Source: an uncultured Lachnospiraceae bacterium
GTDB taxonomy: Bacteria; Bacillota; Clostridia; Lachnospirales; Lachnospiraceae
Direction: 5' to 3'
Length of the DNA: 28,903 nt
Assembly: GCA_949011515.1 (NCBI GenBank)
Contig: CARKXW010000005.1
Location: forward strand, 4,138 to 33,040
The position numbers and the translations under genes are program-made. The number at the start of each line of letters is the position of its first letter. Positions within the stretch are counted from its first letter, which is position 1. The notes beneath the pieces are model-generated. The model did no database searches and was not told the DNA's origin. It saw only the letters and a list, made by a program, of their open reading frames with translations. Below, piece by piece: positions 19,359 to 28,380 of this stretch.

Positions 19359-20600
19359 CTACCTTGCAGAAATCTGTTCTGCCATCTCATCTAATTGCTT
19401 TTGTAAGTTTTGACCAGAAGGATTTCCAGCCGCCATATTTTCTGCAAATTTTGAGACAGGGTCCCAGAATTTGCCGCCTATGCGCTGAAGCTGAGAAAAT
19501 TCGGATTGCTCTAAAAGAGCAGTGATCGCTGGTGATTGCTTGACTTGTGTTGAGCCTGCGACAGTGATGTTTGATGGTCCTTGACCGCGCATTTCAAAGC
19601 GGAGTTGTTGGTTTTCTTCGTTAGTGATCCATTCGGCAAGCTTGGATGCCCATTGGGGATGGTCAGAATAAGCATTTACCCCGATTAGTTTGCAACCTGA
19701 AAAAGAAGCCATCTGTACTTGGCGGCCATTACAAGTATAAGTGGGCAATTTAGTAGCCCCCGTATTGTCACCCCAGACCTCATTGATCGGAACAGAATTC
19801 CATACACCGCTGACGCCTGCAATTATTGTTCCATTCTTTACTCCATTAAGAAATTCTTCGTCTGTACAACTGGAAAATCCTGGATTTCCTGCAATCTGGA
19901 GCATTGATCGCGCTACGTCAATCCCCCGAATGTCACCATCGGCCTGATTCCATGTACAATAATTAGTGATTCCGTCGTCGTTAAGTCCAACTTCAAGTCC
20001 TGTATTCCCAAAAAAAGAATATACATACCATGCTGAAGACCAATCCATAGTAAATAATTTATTGTGAGTGGCCGCTGCTTGTAATATGCCGTCTAGTGTT
20101 TTAACTTGCTCTTCTGTAATATATTGTTTGTTGTAATACAAGAAGTAGCCGTTATCTGCCGTCAATGGATAGGCGTATAGCTGATTGTTTATTGTAGCAG
20201 CTTCGACGGCGCTTGAAAGATTGTTTTGACGGATTGTGTCAGCGTCATCAATAGGCTCCAATGCTCCAGCGGCGGCGAGAGCACTTAACTGATCGTCTGC
20301 GAAAGTAAATACATCAGCACCGTCTTCCAGCCCACCAAGCAATACATTTTTACACTGCGATTCTCCTTGTACTTCGAATGAAATTTGAAAATCAGCCTGT
20401 CCCTGATAATGTGTCTGAAAACTTTGGATGATCTGATTCATCAGTTCTGTATCTTCCTGTGCTCCCCAGACAACCAATTCAACTTTTTCGGATTCTGTAT
20501 TTTCTGTATTTTCAAAGTCTGTTTTCTCTTGTGTACCACATCCCATAAGCGTTGTGGTACATAAAATACTCAAAAGCAAGCACCACATTCTTTTTTTCAT
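19359..20600 (-). CDS. extracellular solute-binding lipoprotein (ABC-type SBP family 1, sugar-type); no permease or ATPase genes adjacent
   Basis: Signal peptide with lipobox LMGC-G. Length and composition typical of family-1 SBPs. It lies 30 nt upstream of, and co-oriented with, the MCP gene. Confidence 0.8.
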   Translation of the reverse strand: MKKRMWCLLLSILCTTTLMGCGTQEKTDFENTENTESEKVELVVWGAQEDTELMNQIIQSFQTHYQGQADFQISFEVQGESQCKNVLLGGLEDGADVFTFADDQLSALAAAGALEPIDDADTIRQNNLSSAVEAATINNQLYAYPLTADNGYFLYYNKQYITEEQVKTLDGILQAAATHNKLFTMDWSSAWYVYSFFGNTGLEVGLNDDGITNYCTWNQADGDIRGIDVARSMLQIAGNPGFSSCTDEEFLNGVKNGTIIAGVSGVWNSVPINEVWGDNTGATKLPTYTCNGRQVQMASFSGCKLIGVNAYSDHPQWASKLAEWITNEENQQLRFEMRGQGPSNITVAGSTQVKQSPAITALLEQSEFSQLQRIGGKFWDPVSKFAENMAAGNPSGQNLQKQLDEMAEQISAR

Positions 20601-21003
20601 ATATCATTCCATCCTTTATATCTCCATTTTTTCTGTGGTTATTATATCATTGATATACACTATTTGCAATATAAGAGCACATGAGATAGAGGAACTTTTC
20701 TTTTGGATTTATGAGTTGGGATTCACCATAAATATGTTTATTAAGACAAATGAAATAAGTCAACTTTCAATCGATCGTATATGTTCTTAGCACATAAAGA
20801 GCAGATTAAAAATGAGAAAGATAGAGAATTGAAAAATGAAAAAGATAAGTCGAAGAATCAAATTTTTATAATGAATCAATTCTATGTTGGATGCATCAAA
20901 TATATATGATACAATAAAAATCAATTGTTAGAAGGGTGTGAAAGCAAAAAAGGTGGTGTGTACAAATTATCAGACGAAAAAGTTGCGCAGAAATGGAGAA
21001 ACA

Positions 21004-21579
21004 ATGTCAAGAGGAATTATTATATTTGGTTCGGCGGGAGCTGGAAAGACAACACTAGGAAAGCTTGTAGCCAAGCAATTGGGATATCCATATTTTGATA
21101 TAGATGATTATATCTGGAGAAAGGACACACAACGTCCATATACAATGATGTATTCTAAAGAAGAAAAAGCAGGCAGATTGTTGCACGATATATCAGAATA
21201 CGAACATTTTGTCATGGCAGGATCAATGGATAGTTTTCATGATCCATTTGATCCATTGTTTGATTTAGCTATTCATATTACGGCAGACAGCGCTGTTCGA
21301 TTTGAGCGGATACAACAAAGGGCAATAAATCGTTTTGGAGAACGGATTTTAGAAGGCGGTGATCTATACGAGGGGCATCAAAAGTTTATTGAGAGTGCGA
21401 TGCGCTATGATACAAGTGATGCTTCGCCTAATCTGCAAACGCATCTCCAATGGGCGTCTACACTGCCTTGTAAGGTCCTTTTTATTGATGGTGCAGACAC
21501 CTTGGAGAATAATACAACACGCATTATAGAGGAATATCAAATACAAAAAGAATTACGGAATAGAAAACAAGAAAAATAG
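21004..21579 (+). CDS. P-loop NTPase of the adenylate-kinase / topology-modulation-protein (FlaR-like, AAA_17/33) family
   Basis: Walker A GSAGAGKTTLGK lies at residues 9-20 when the start is taken at ATG 21004, which has a GGAGAA RBS. The GTG start at 20938 in the ORF track has no RBS. Confidence 0.75.
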   Translation: MSRGIIIFGSAGAGKTTLGKLVAKQLGYPYFDIDDYIWRKDTQRPYTMMYSKEEKAGRLLHDISEYEHFVMAGSMDSFHDPFDPLFDLAIHITADSAVRFERIQQRAINRFGERILEGGDLYEGHQKFIESAMRYDTSDASPNLQTHLQWASTLPCKVLFIDGADTLENNTTRIIEEYQIQKELRNRKQEK

Positions 21580-21601
21580 TTCAGCTACAAAATAGCTGAA
21601 C
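21579..21601. terminator. shared hairpin between the convergent kinase and MIF-like genes
   Basis: 8-bp stem GTTCAGCTA-caaaa-TAGCTGAAC directly after the TAG stop. Only a weak T-tract follows. Confidence 0.35.
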
Positions 21602-21670
21602 TATTTCACATAAATGGTATTGCAACTACAAAAATCATGAGAAAATAGCATAGAAAATAAATAAAACACA

Positions 21671-22015
21671 CTAGAAATTTTGGCCATTCCAGCCCCACTC
21701 AGAAATGGGTTCATATTTTATATAAATATGATCCTTTGCAAGCTGTAAATCTGTCTCGTAGATTTCACTAATCACGGCTGTTAAATTTTCTAGACAGTAT
21801 TCAGGAATACCACCAAATACTTTGACTTCTATAAAAGCACAAGGTTGTGTATTTTCACCCTGAAAATATAAATCACAAGCATCGGCAAATTCTATCATGA
21901 GCCACTGCTCAGATTTTCCTGGAATGATGGAAATGGCTTTTCCTAGTTTTTCTTTTATGGAAGTTTTCTGGGCTTTGGTCATTGTGACACTTACCCTTGA
22001 GTTAATAAATGGCAT
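21671..22015 (-). CDS. MIF (macrophage migration inhibitory factor) family tautomerase
   Basis: 114 aa starting MPF (catalytic Pro-1 after Met removal). The C-terminus [18 protein letters not shown] parallels MIF [32 protein letters not shown] parallels PCALCSLHSIG. Strong AAGGAGG RBS. Confidence 0.8.
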   Translation of the reverse strand: [114 protein letters not shown]

Positions 22016-22234
22016 TATTCTCCTCCTTAATCACCAATATATACAAATTGATTTACATGTTATGTTATCATTCTTTATCTTTCATAATAAAGTAGCATCA
22101 TACAATATCTGGAATGTTTTATATCATTTCAGGCCGAATGGCCATCTTACTATGAAAGTTGTTCTTTACTTTCATAATAAAACTTTACGCGATCAGTTGT
22201 CAATCAATTAAGATCATTTGTTTATTATTCACAA

Positions 22235-22277
22235 CACAAATTCATTTGCGAATGCAAATGACATTTGTGTTGCAAAT
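22235..22277. promoter_or_regulatory. array of alternating ATTTGC / GCAAAT half-sites (near-perfect 35-bp palindrome plus one extra half-site) upstream of the MIF-like gene
   Basis: The left arm CACAAATTCATTTGC is followed by GAAT. The right arm GCAAATGACATTTGTG is its reverse complement with one indel. GTT-GCAAAT follows. Confidence 0.35.
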
Positions 22278-22448
22278 AAATTGACAAAATGTTCTCGAGA
22301 TGGATTTGGTTATAGGATTATGCTTTAGAACAAAACCCTTGTAGACAAAAGGTTTTGTATTGTCTACTGTTTGATTATAACAGAAAATTTTTGTGTTTTA
22401 GGCAGTTTGGTATGATTTGTATTTTTTGGGGTATACATTGCAGAAAAA

Positions 22449-22617
22449 GGATATGGGATTAATGTGAAATATAAAATTTCACCCATCCTGATTGGAGTGC
22501 CCGCTAAAGCGGGCAGATGGGAGTTAGTGTGAAATATAAAATTTCACACTAATGATTTGAGTTGCGGCAAAGCCGCGACATGGAGGTTAGCGTGAATCAT
22601 GGAGGTTAGTTTTTTTC
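22449..22617 (+). repeat. modular structured repeat element, copy 2: about 2.5 tandem units (63-64-nt period), no closed domain, ending in T7
   Basis: The ATGGGA motif recurs at 22453, 22517 and 22580. Hairpins GCCCGCTAAAGCGGGC, GTGAAAT-ataaa-ATTTCAC (twice) and the variant GCGGCAAAGCCGC are present. The reverse complement of its last 30 nt encodes the C-terminal KKTNLHDSR-stop of the histidine kinase. Confidence 0.6.
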
Positions 22618-24860
22618 AAAAGTGGAAATTCAATTTGTACTTTGAATAAATCTCCGTCGATTTCAACGCCAAATTTGCCTTTTTGTGCTTCTGTCAAACT
22701 TTTAGCGATAGCAAGCCCCAGGCCAGAACCGTCTGTGTTGCGGGAACTGTCTCCGCGCACAAAACGTTCAGTAATCTCATCTGCATTGATATTGAGTTCA
22801 GCAGCAGAGATATTTTTGAGAATGATTTGTGTCTTATCATTGAATAACCGAATATCAATATAGACTCTAGAATAGGACATGGCATATTTTCCTATATTGA
22901 CAAACAGATTTTCAAAAATACGATATGTTTTTTGGTTGTCTAACAATACTATTACTTTTTCAGAGGGGATGTTCCAACGAAGATCAATCCCCATCTGCTG
23001 AAATTTTTCTGTATGCTCTACACTGACTTGTTTTAATAGATTGACTACATCAAGCTCCATTTGATTGAGTATGATGGTATTGCTGCTAACCTTGCTGATC
23101 TCAAATAAGTCTTCAATTAACACTTTTAGACGCAGCGATTTCTTTTCTAGGGTTTCAATGTAGGAACAACGCTCTTCTGGTGTGATGTCTTCTTTTTTGA
23201 GCAGTTCAATATAAGTGGTAATGGCTGTCAAAGGAGTTTTTAGATCGTGAGAGACATTGGTGATTAGCTCCGTCTTCATTCGTTGACTTTTGATCTCAGC
23301 GTCAACAGCTTTCTTAAACCCAATTCGGATTTTGGACAACTCATTTCGAAATGGCTCAAACACACCTAAATCTTCAGTGATATTTGTGTTTAGGTCCCCT
23401 TCTGCAATACAGTTTACTCCTTTGAGTAGAGTGCGATAATCCTTTCGTATTTTGTCATAATTTTTTCGCAGCAAATAAAACAAGCCAATGGAGTAAATAA
23501 CCAATCCAATGATTCCAACAAACCAAAACATAGAAATTACTACTAATACAATAAAATTAATCAATACAAGTTTAAAGATCGCATGAACTGATTTTTCGGA
23601 GAAATCAATGTGTTGTATTTCATAAATAAAGCGGTTCCACAATCCTTTTAGCCACGGAAAAATCTGGTAAAAAAGACTATATTGTTTGATATATTGTTTG
23701 ATTCCTAAAACGAGAACAGGACGGATGAAACAAATGCTGATATACCAAGTTGCATACACAACAAATAGAAAGCAGGCTGATTGAAATACAGGAATCAAGG
23801 CTTCATAAAGTCCGCGATCAAAAACCACACTAAAAAATTGGATAATATTTTGATACTGTGGCTGGGTCCAGATCATTTCTACTAGGGAGTTGAGCAGTGC
23901 AAATACACAACAGACACCCATAATAGCCGCTTCCATCATATAATATTTGCCAGGCCGATGGATCATAACATCGTCTTTCCAGACTCTTCTACTTCCCATA
24001 TACAGACAAAAGATGAGCAAAAGTACAAAGGCAACTCCATAGAGCAGTCCAGCTCCTGCATTACGATAAGCATGTAATTTTACCCAATACTCATTGATGT
24101 ACTCAGAACCTGTTCCGCTATAACGGTTTGGACTGACGCTGACGCGTGGCACAGCAAAGACTACTGTAAAATTGTGTGGCTTTTTGATTTTAATTGAACT
24201 GTTGTCAGTGCCAAACGTATCTATAAAATCGGTGATTAATGGCTCAGTACGATCAATTTTTCCAAGTTCCTTTATAACTTCGTCTATAACTTTTGTATTT
24301 TGCATATAGAGAACATCAACTTCCATCACTCCATTCTCGGTAAAGTGAATAGTAAAGATTTCCTTATAGTAGGAGGTTAAGTCTGAATCAGAAAAAAGAT
24401 CGGGTTGTACAGTATTTAGAGGATTGCTAGTGTTGGAATTTCCACTGTCGCTCAAAACAGAATAATCGACATGGGCACGATAGTCTTCGAATGTAGCAGT
24501 CCAACTTGTCAAAATCTGGTTCATTCGTGAATTTGTCATTTCGCGTAACTCATTTTGAGAATATCCGTCAATGGTTGGATATGATTCGATAAAAAGTTCA
24601 GATGCTTTTATTTGTGTGCCTAACACACGTTCCTGTTCTTCCTTGTAAAGAACATAACATCCCTTATAGATCTGTGAAAAAAATTTCTCATTAATTGTAG
24701 AGTTCGCTTCTTGTGTGTATAGCTGTATTTCATCTTGATAGTACTTTTCGCCTCTTTGTTGAATGGACGGGAAAAATAATATGGTGCCAAATGTGACACA
24801 GAGAAGAACAATGATTGTTAAAATACGTTTTTTATGGTTGCTTTTCCATTTTGTATCCAA
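22587..24860 (-). CDS. sensor histidine kinase with a large extracytoplasmic domain (about 240 aa) between TM1 and a multi-TM region; HisKA + HATPase_c
   Basis: H-box NVSHDLKTPLTAI. N/G-box region DSSRNTDGSGLGLAIAKSL. TTG start with an AAAGGTGG RBS, overlapping the upstream response-regulator gene by 29 nt. Confidence 0.9.
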   Translation of the reverse strand: MDTKWKSNHKKRILTIIVLLCVTFGTILFFPSIQQRGEKYYQDEIQLYTQEANSTINEKFFSQIYKGCYVLYKEEQERVLGTQIKASELFIESYPTIDGYSQNELREMTNSRMNQILTSWTATFEDYRAHVDYSVLSDSGNSNTSNPLNTVQPDLFSDSDLTSYYKEIFTIHFTENGVMEVDVLYMQNTKVIDEVIKELGKIDRTEPLITDFIDTFGTDNSSIKIKKPHNFTVVFAVPRVSVSPNRYSGTGSEYINEYWVKLHAYRNAGAGLLYGVAFVLLLIFCLYMGSRRVWKDDVMIHRPGKYYMMEAAIMGVCCVFALLNSLVEMIWTQPQYQNIIQFFSVVFDRGLYEALIPVFQSACFLFVVYATWYISICFIRPVLVLGIKQYIKQYSLFYQIFPWLKGLWNRFIYEIQHIDFSEKSVHAIFKLVLINFIVLVVISMFWFVGIIGLVIYSIGLFYLLRKNYDKIRKDYRTLLKGVNCIAEGDLNTNITEDLGVFEPFRNELSKIRIGFKKAVDAEIKSQRMKTELITNVSHDLKTPLTAITTYIELLKKEDITPEERCSYIETLEKKSLRLKVLIEDLFEISKVSSNTIILNQMELDVVNLLKQVSVEHTEKFQQMGIDLRWNIPSEKVIVLLDNQKTYRIFENLFVNIGKYAMSYSRVYIDIRLFNDKTQIILKNISAAELNINADEITERFVRGDSSRNTDGSGLGLAIAKSLTEAQKGKFGVEIDGDLFKVQIEFPLLKKTNLHDSR

Positions 24861-25539
24861 TACCCCACACCACCTTTAAATATTTTGGATCTTTTGGATC
24901 GATCTCAATTTTGTCTCGAATATGTTTAATATGCACCATAATGGTGTCTGTTGTGACAGCCTTTTCATTCCATATACGCTCATAAATTTCATCTGCTGAA
25001 AAGACCCTGCCAGGATTTTTGATTAAGAGAGTTAGAATCTTAAATTCAATAGGAGTTAATTTGACGGGGGTGCCGTCCACCAAAACTTCTACTGTATCTT
25101 CGTTTAGCTCAATACCGCCAATTGTATGGATGCGGTCATTGTGTTCGTTAGTGGTTCCCCTACCAGAAAATTTCATATATCTGCGTAGCTGCGAATTGAC
25201 CCGCGCCATCAGTTCTAATGGGGTGAATGGCTTAGTCACATAGTCGTCTGCACCAATATTAAGACCAATAACCTTGTCCGTTTCCTCTGACTTTGCAGAG
25301 AGCATAATAACTGGGAATTCATAATTTTCGCGCAGCTTTAGCGTCATAGTGACACCGTCCATTCGTGGCATCATAATATCTACAATAGCAAGGTGAATCT
25401 CCTGCTGCTCAATGATTTTGAGCCCCTCAATGCCATCCGCTGCCTGCCATACTTGATAATTTTGACTTTTTAAAAAGATTTCAATCCCCTCACGAATTTC
25501 CTTGTCATCCTCCACAATTAAAATATTATATTGTTCCAT
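24832..25539 (-). CDS. OmpR/PhoB-family response regulator (REC + winged helix)
   Basis: ILIVEDDKEIREG REC start. C-terminal winged-helix with RVFSADEIYERIW...YLKVVWGIGYK. AGAGGGGG RBS. Confidence 0.9.
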   Translation of the reverse strand: MEQYNILIVEDDKEIREGIEIFLKSQNYQVWQAADGIEGLKIIEQQEIHLAIVDIMMPRMDGVTMTLKLRENYEFPVIMLSAKSEETDKVIGLNIGADDYVTKPFTPLELMARVNSQLRRYMKFSGRGTTNEHNDRIHTIGGIELNEDTVEVLVDGTPVKLTPIEFKILTLLIKNPGRVFSADEIYERIWNEKAVTTDTIMVHIKHIRDKIEIDPKDPKYLKVVWGIGYKMEKQP

Positions 25540-25616
25540 AATAATCCCCCTCTGTAATAGATCTCAATCTAATTGCTATGTACTAAAAAGAATGGAATAG
25601 CATAGTATATTCGTAT

Positions 25617-26813
25617 TCAATTTGCTTTTAGTATAGCATGCATACTTTGATTTTGATAGGAGTTTAATAATTCCATATAATATTTTTCAGCTAAGGAGGC
25701 AATTTTTTCTTCTGAATAATCGGATGCTGTCTTTGTTGCACCTTCACACAATGTTTGATATTCGGCTGGATGACACAATACTTTTGTGATTGCCTGCGCA
25801 AATTGTGTAGGATTTTCTTGTGTTAGAATACCATTTTTGCCAGTCTGAACAAGATCGCGTACACCCGTGGCTTCCACCGCAACAACAGGAATCCCTGCTG
25901 ACATAGCCTCTAAAACCACGATCCCTTGTGTCTCCGATATAGAGGAGAACAAAAATAGGTCACAGGCCCCTAAATAATGCCTGATGCGACGATTTTCAAT
26001 GGTTCCAAGAAAAAGGACGTCTTTATCTAAACCTAAATGTTGACATTGTGTTTCTAAATTCTCGCGCTCTAGTCCATCTCCAATAATGAGGAAGCGAAAT
26101 GTTTTGTTACAAGCAGTTAGATGTTCTTTTACTCTTTGTAGAGCATATAGTATAAAATCCAAGTTTTTTTCTTTTGCAAGCCTTGCCACAGTACAAAATA
26201 AGTAATCAACATCACTTCCATATTGAGCGCGAATGGATGCTGCGGCATGTGGATGTGTATCAAAATGATCGTAGGACAGGCCCGTTGGCAAGACTTTAAT
26301 AGGAACTGTAATTTCCTTTTGATAGAGTAAATGGTCCCTGATCTCTGGTGTTGGAGCAAAAATCATATCGCAATGATTACAAAAATAGCGCAGATATTTG
26401 TCTATCATTCCTGTAGAGTTTTCTAGTACTTTTAGCGCCTTGAGATAATAGAGATACTCTTCATAGCGAGTATGATAGGTGAATACAACAGGGATTCCGA
26501 ACTGTCTGCGCAACATATAAGCGACATTGCCAACTAGTGCTGGATGATGAACATGAATCAGATCAATTTCAAGAGTTTGAATCATTTTCCGGAAAATACT
26601 AGTCATCACATTAGGGATGGGGGCCTGTGCAATCTTGATAGGAAAAGAAGGATAGCGAACCACAAAAAGTTCTTCTTCTTGGTTCGGGTAACTGGGAGCA
26701 AATATATAGACTGTGTGTCCTAATTGTCGCAGAGCATCGGCTAAATGTTCAATGGATATAGGAACGCCGCCAATATAGGGTTTGTAATTGTTTGTCAACA
26801 TAGCGATTCTCAT
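25617..26813 (-). CDS. glycosyltransferase family 4 (monoglucosyl-diacylglycerol-synthase-like GT-B enzyme)
   Basis: The N-terminal MRIAMLTNNYKPYIGGVPISIEHLADALRQLGHTVYIFAP pattern matches GT4 lipid glycosyltransferases. C-terminal EX7E-type motif region (GIVVLEAMSAGIPVVA). GGAGG RBS. Confidence 0.85.
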   Translation of the reverse strand: MRIAMLTNNYKPYIGGVPISIEHLADALRQLGHTVYIFAPSYPNQEEELFVVRYPSFPIKIAQAPIPNVMTSIFRKMIQTLEIDLIHVHHPALVGNVAYMLRRQFGIPVVFTYHTRYEEYLYYLKALKVLENSTGMIDKYLRYFCNHCDMIFAPTPEIRDHLLYQKEITVPIKVLPTGLSYDHFDTHPHAAASIRAQYGSDVDYLFCTVARLAKEKNLDFILYALQRVKEHLTACNKTFRFLIIGDGLERENLETQCQHLGLDKDVLFLGTIENRRIRHYLGACDLFLFSSISETQGIVVLEAMSAGIPVVAVEATGVRDLVQTGKNGILTQENPTQFAQAITKVLCHPAEYQTLCEGATKTASDYSEEKIASLAEKYYMELLNSYQNQSMHAILKAN

Positions 26814-27062
26814 GGTAATCCTCCATTTCTAGCTGTATTCTACAAACTTTGAGTTATTCATAACAATCTCTTATGTCATAGCAGTTTACTAGCATGACAT
26901 GCTTTATTGTGTAGAAAAACATAGAGTCAGACACCAATAAAGCTCGTTATCTGAAAAAAAGAATTCTAGTATGCAATAGCCAAAGATTGTGGTTTGTACT
27001 TTTGAATCATCATTGTAAAGTCGATGGGTTTATCTAAAAATATAGGTGGAAATATGCTAGGA

Positions 27063-27572
27063 TTAGAGCAATCGCATTAGTACTTGATCTCCAAAAAGAT
27101 ATCCTGCCCCTACAAATAAAAGGTTCCAAACAGCGACTCCAAGAGTGGAACTTACGATATAATTGCCAAAGTTCATTTTGATAATGCCTGCTGGGATGGA
27201 GATTATTGTGCGCACCATTGGGATGAGTTTACTGACAAAAATCCCAACGCACCCTTTTTTCCTTAAATACTCGATTCGTTCTTCAATAAGTTGTTTTTGC
27301 TTGGGAAAACGACGATAATACCAAGTTAAAAATATCTCACCACCGGCCCGCCCTACGCCATATAGAATGACGCTTCCCAATAAGCCTGCTGTGATAGTAA
27401 TCAGCATTGTGACAAAGAAATTTAGTTCACCTCGTGCTGCCCAAATTCCTGCAAGTGGCATGATAACACCTGCTGGAAAACCTGGAAGATTTAAGTATTC
27501 TAACAACACAATAATAAAGATTGCAATAGCACCATAGTCTACAAAATATTGCATAATTACATCTACACTCAT
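27063..27572 (-). CDS. DedA/SNARE-associated (TVP38) family membrane protein
   Basis: About 170 aa with the conserved DedA core (FPAGVIMPLAG...GRAGG...KLIPMVRTIISIPAG). ATG at 27572 has a GGAGGGG RBS. The ORF-track TTG start is one codon upstream. Confidence 0.85.
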   Translation of the reverse strand: MSVDVIMQYFVDYGAIAIFIIVLLEYLNLPGFPAGVIMPLAGIWAARGELNFFVTMLITITAGLLGSVILYGVGRAGGEIFLTWYYRRFPKQKQLIEERIEYLRKKGCVGIFVSKLIPMVRTIISIPAGIIKMNFGNYIVSSTLGVAVWNLLFVGAGYLFGDQVLMRLL

Positions 27573-28129
27573 CAAATCCCCTCCATTTCTTACAATAGAT
27601 TTATAGCTCTAACAACCTTTCTTGCTTTTTAGTGTACTGAAAAAAACAAAAGACTATCTGCTGAAAAATTGAAAGAATTTATTAAGAAATGCTTTGATTT
27701 TGCTGTAGCTATTACAATAGGCAAAAGGATAAGAAAAAGAATATTTCTTCTAAAATCATGTATCAGTTACCACAAACACAAGCATGGTCAATATAAAATA
27801 AAGAAAACAAGCAAGTTAGATAATGAGTGCAGAGAGTAGAGCAACGGAAGTTTAAGCAAAATTTAATGGAATTGTATGTGCTCTTGTGATAAGCTAAGGA
27901 TGTTAAGTGATTCAATAAATTGGAATAAAAAAAGAACTTTTATGTACACATAAATAGAAATTAGAGAATGACAGATAACTACACAGGAGTATAGTCGTTT
28001 CTTAAAAAGGACAGATTTAGATTGACTAAGAGAATAAAAGACAAGGAATTGGAAGGCAATTGATAGAAGTTGCACATGATAAAGCAAGGGGGGATGAAAG
28101 GGAGATTTCCGATATATTTGATAGCAAAT

Positions 28130-28378
28130 AAAAATGTATTTGGAGAGCCTGCTAAAGCGGGCAGATGGGAGTTAGAGTGAAATCAAAGATTTCACTCATC
28201 CTGATTTGTAGGCCCGCCAAAGCGGGCAGATGGGAGTTAGTGTGAAATCAAAGATTTCACTCATCCTGATTTGTAGGCCCGCCAAAGCGAGCAGATGGGA
28301 GTTAGTGTGAGAAGTACTTCTAACTGCCTGTGGCAGTTTCCACTCACAGCAAAGGCTGTTTCGTGGAGAAGTTCACAC
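28130..28378 (+). repeat. modular structured repeat element, copy 3: three tandem 65-nt units plus a complete 74-nt closed multi-stem domain (28305-28378)
   Basis: GCAGATGGGA recurs at 28161, 28226 and 28291, an exact 65-nt period. Each unit has the GCCCGCYAAAGCGGGC and GTGAAATC-aaa-GATTTCAC hairpins. The domain has GTGTGA/TCACAC and ACTTCT/AGAAGT closing stems and a CTGCC-TGT-GGCAG internal hairpin. Confidence 0.65.
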
Positions 28379-28380
28379 CG

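Noticed and set aside
20938-21003. Upstream GTG start that would extend the P-loop kinase by 22 residues
   Set aside because: No RBS. The ATG at 21004 has GGAGAA and places the Walker A motif at the canonical N-terminal position.
27863-28087. 74-aa minus-strand ORF in the purine-rich intergenic region
   Set aside because: It is translated from a pyrimidine-rich strand giving a Leu/Phe/Ser-rich low-complexity peptide. No RBS.
28240-28310. 22-codon GTG-initiated mini-ORF running through one 65-nt unit (VKSKISLILICRPAKAGRWELV)
   Set aside because: The 65-nt period is not a multiple of 3. The equivalent frame in copy 2 stops after 7 codons, so there is no conservation of coding potential. The SD-like motif is more likely a structural or binding feature.
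28130-28330. Tandem 65-nt repeats considered as a CRISPR array
   Set aside because: The units are near-identical along their whole length. There are no unique spacers between conserved repeats and no cas genes. Periodicity alone does not make a CRISPR.
28130-28330. Repeat units considered as integron attC sites or gene cassettes
   Set aside because: No GTTRRRY core or inverse-core pair. No integrase gene. The units are tandem rather than each following an ORF.
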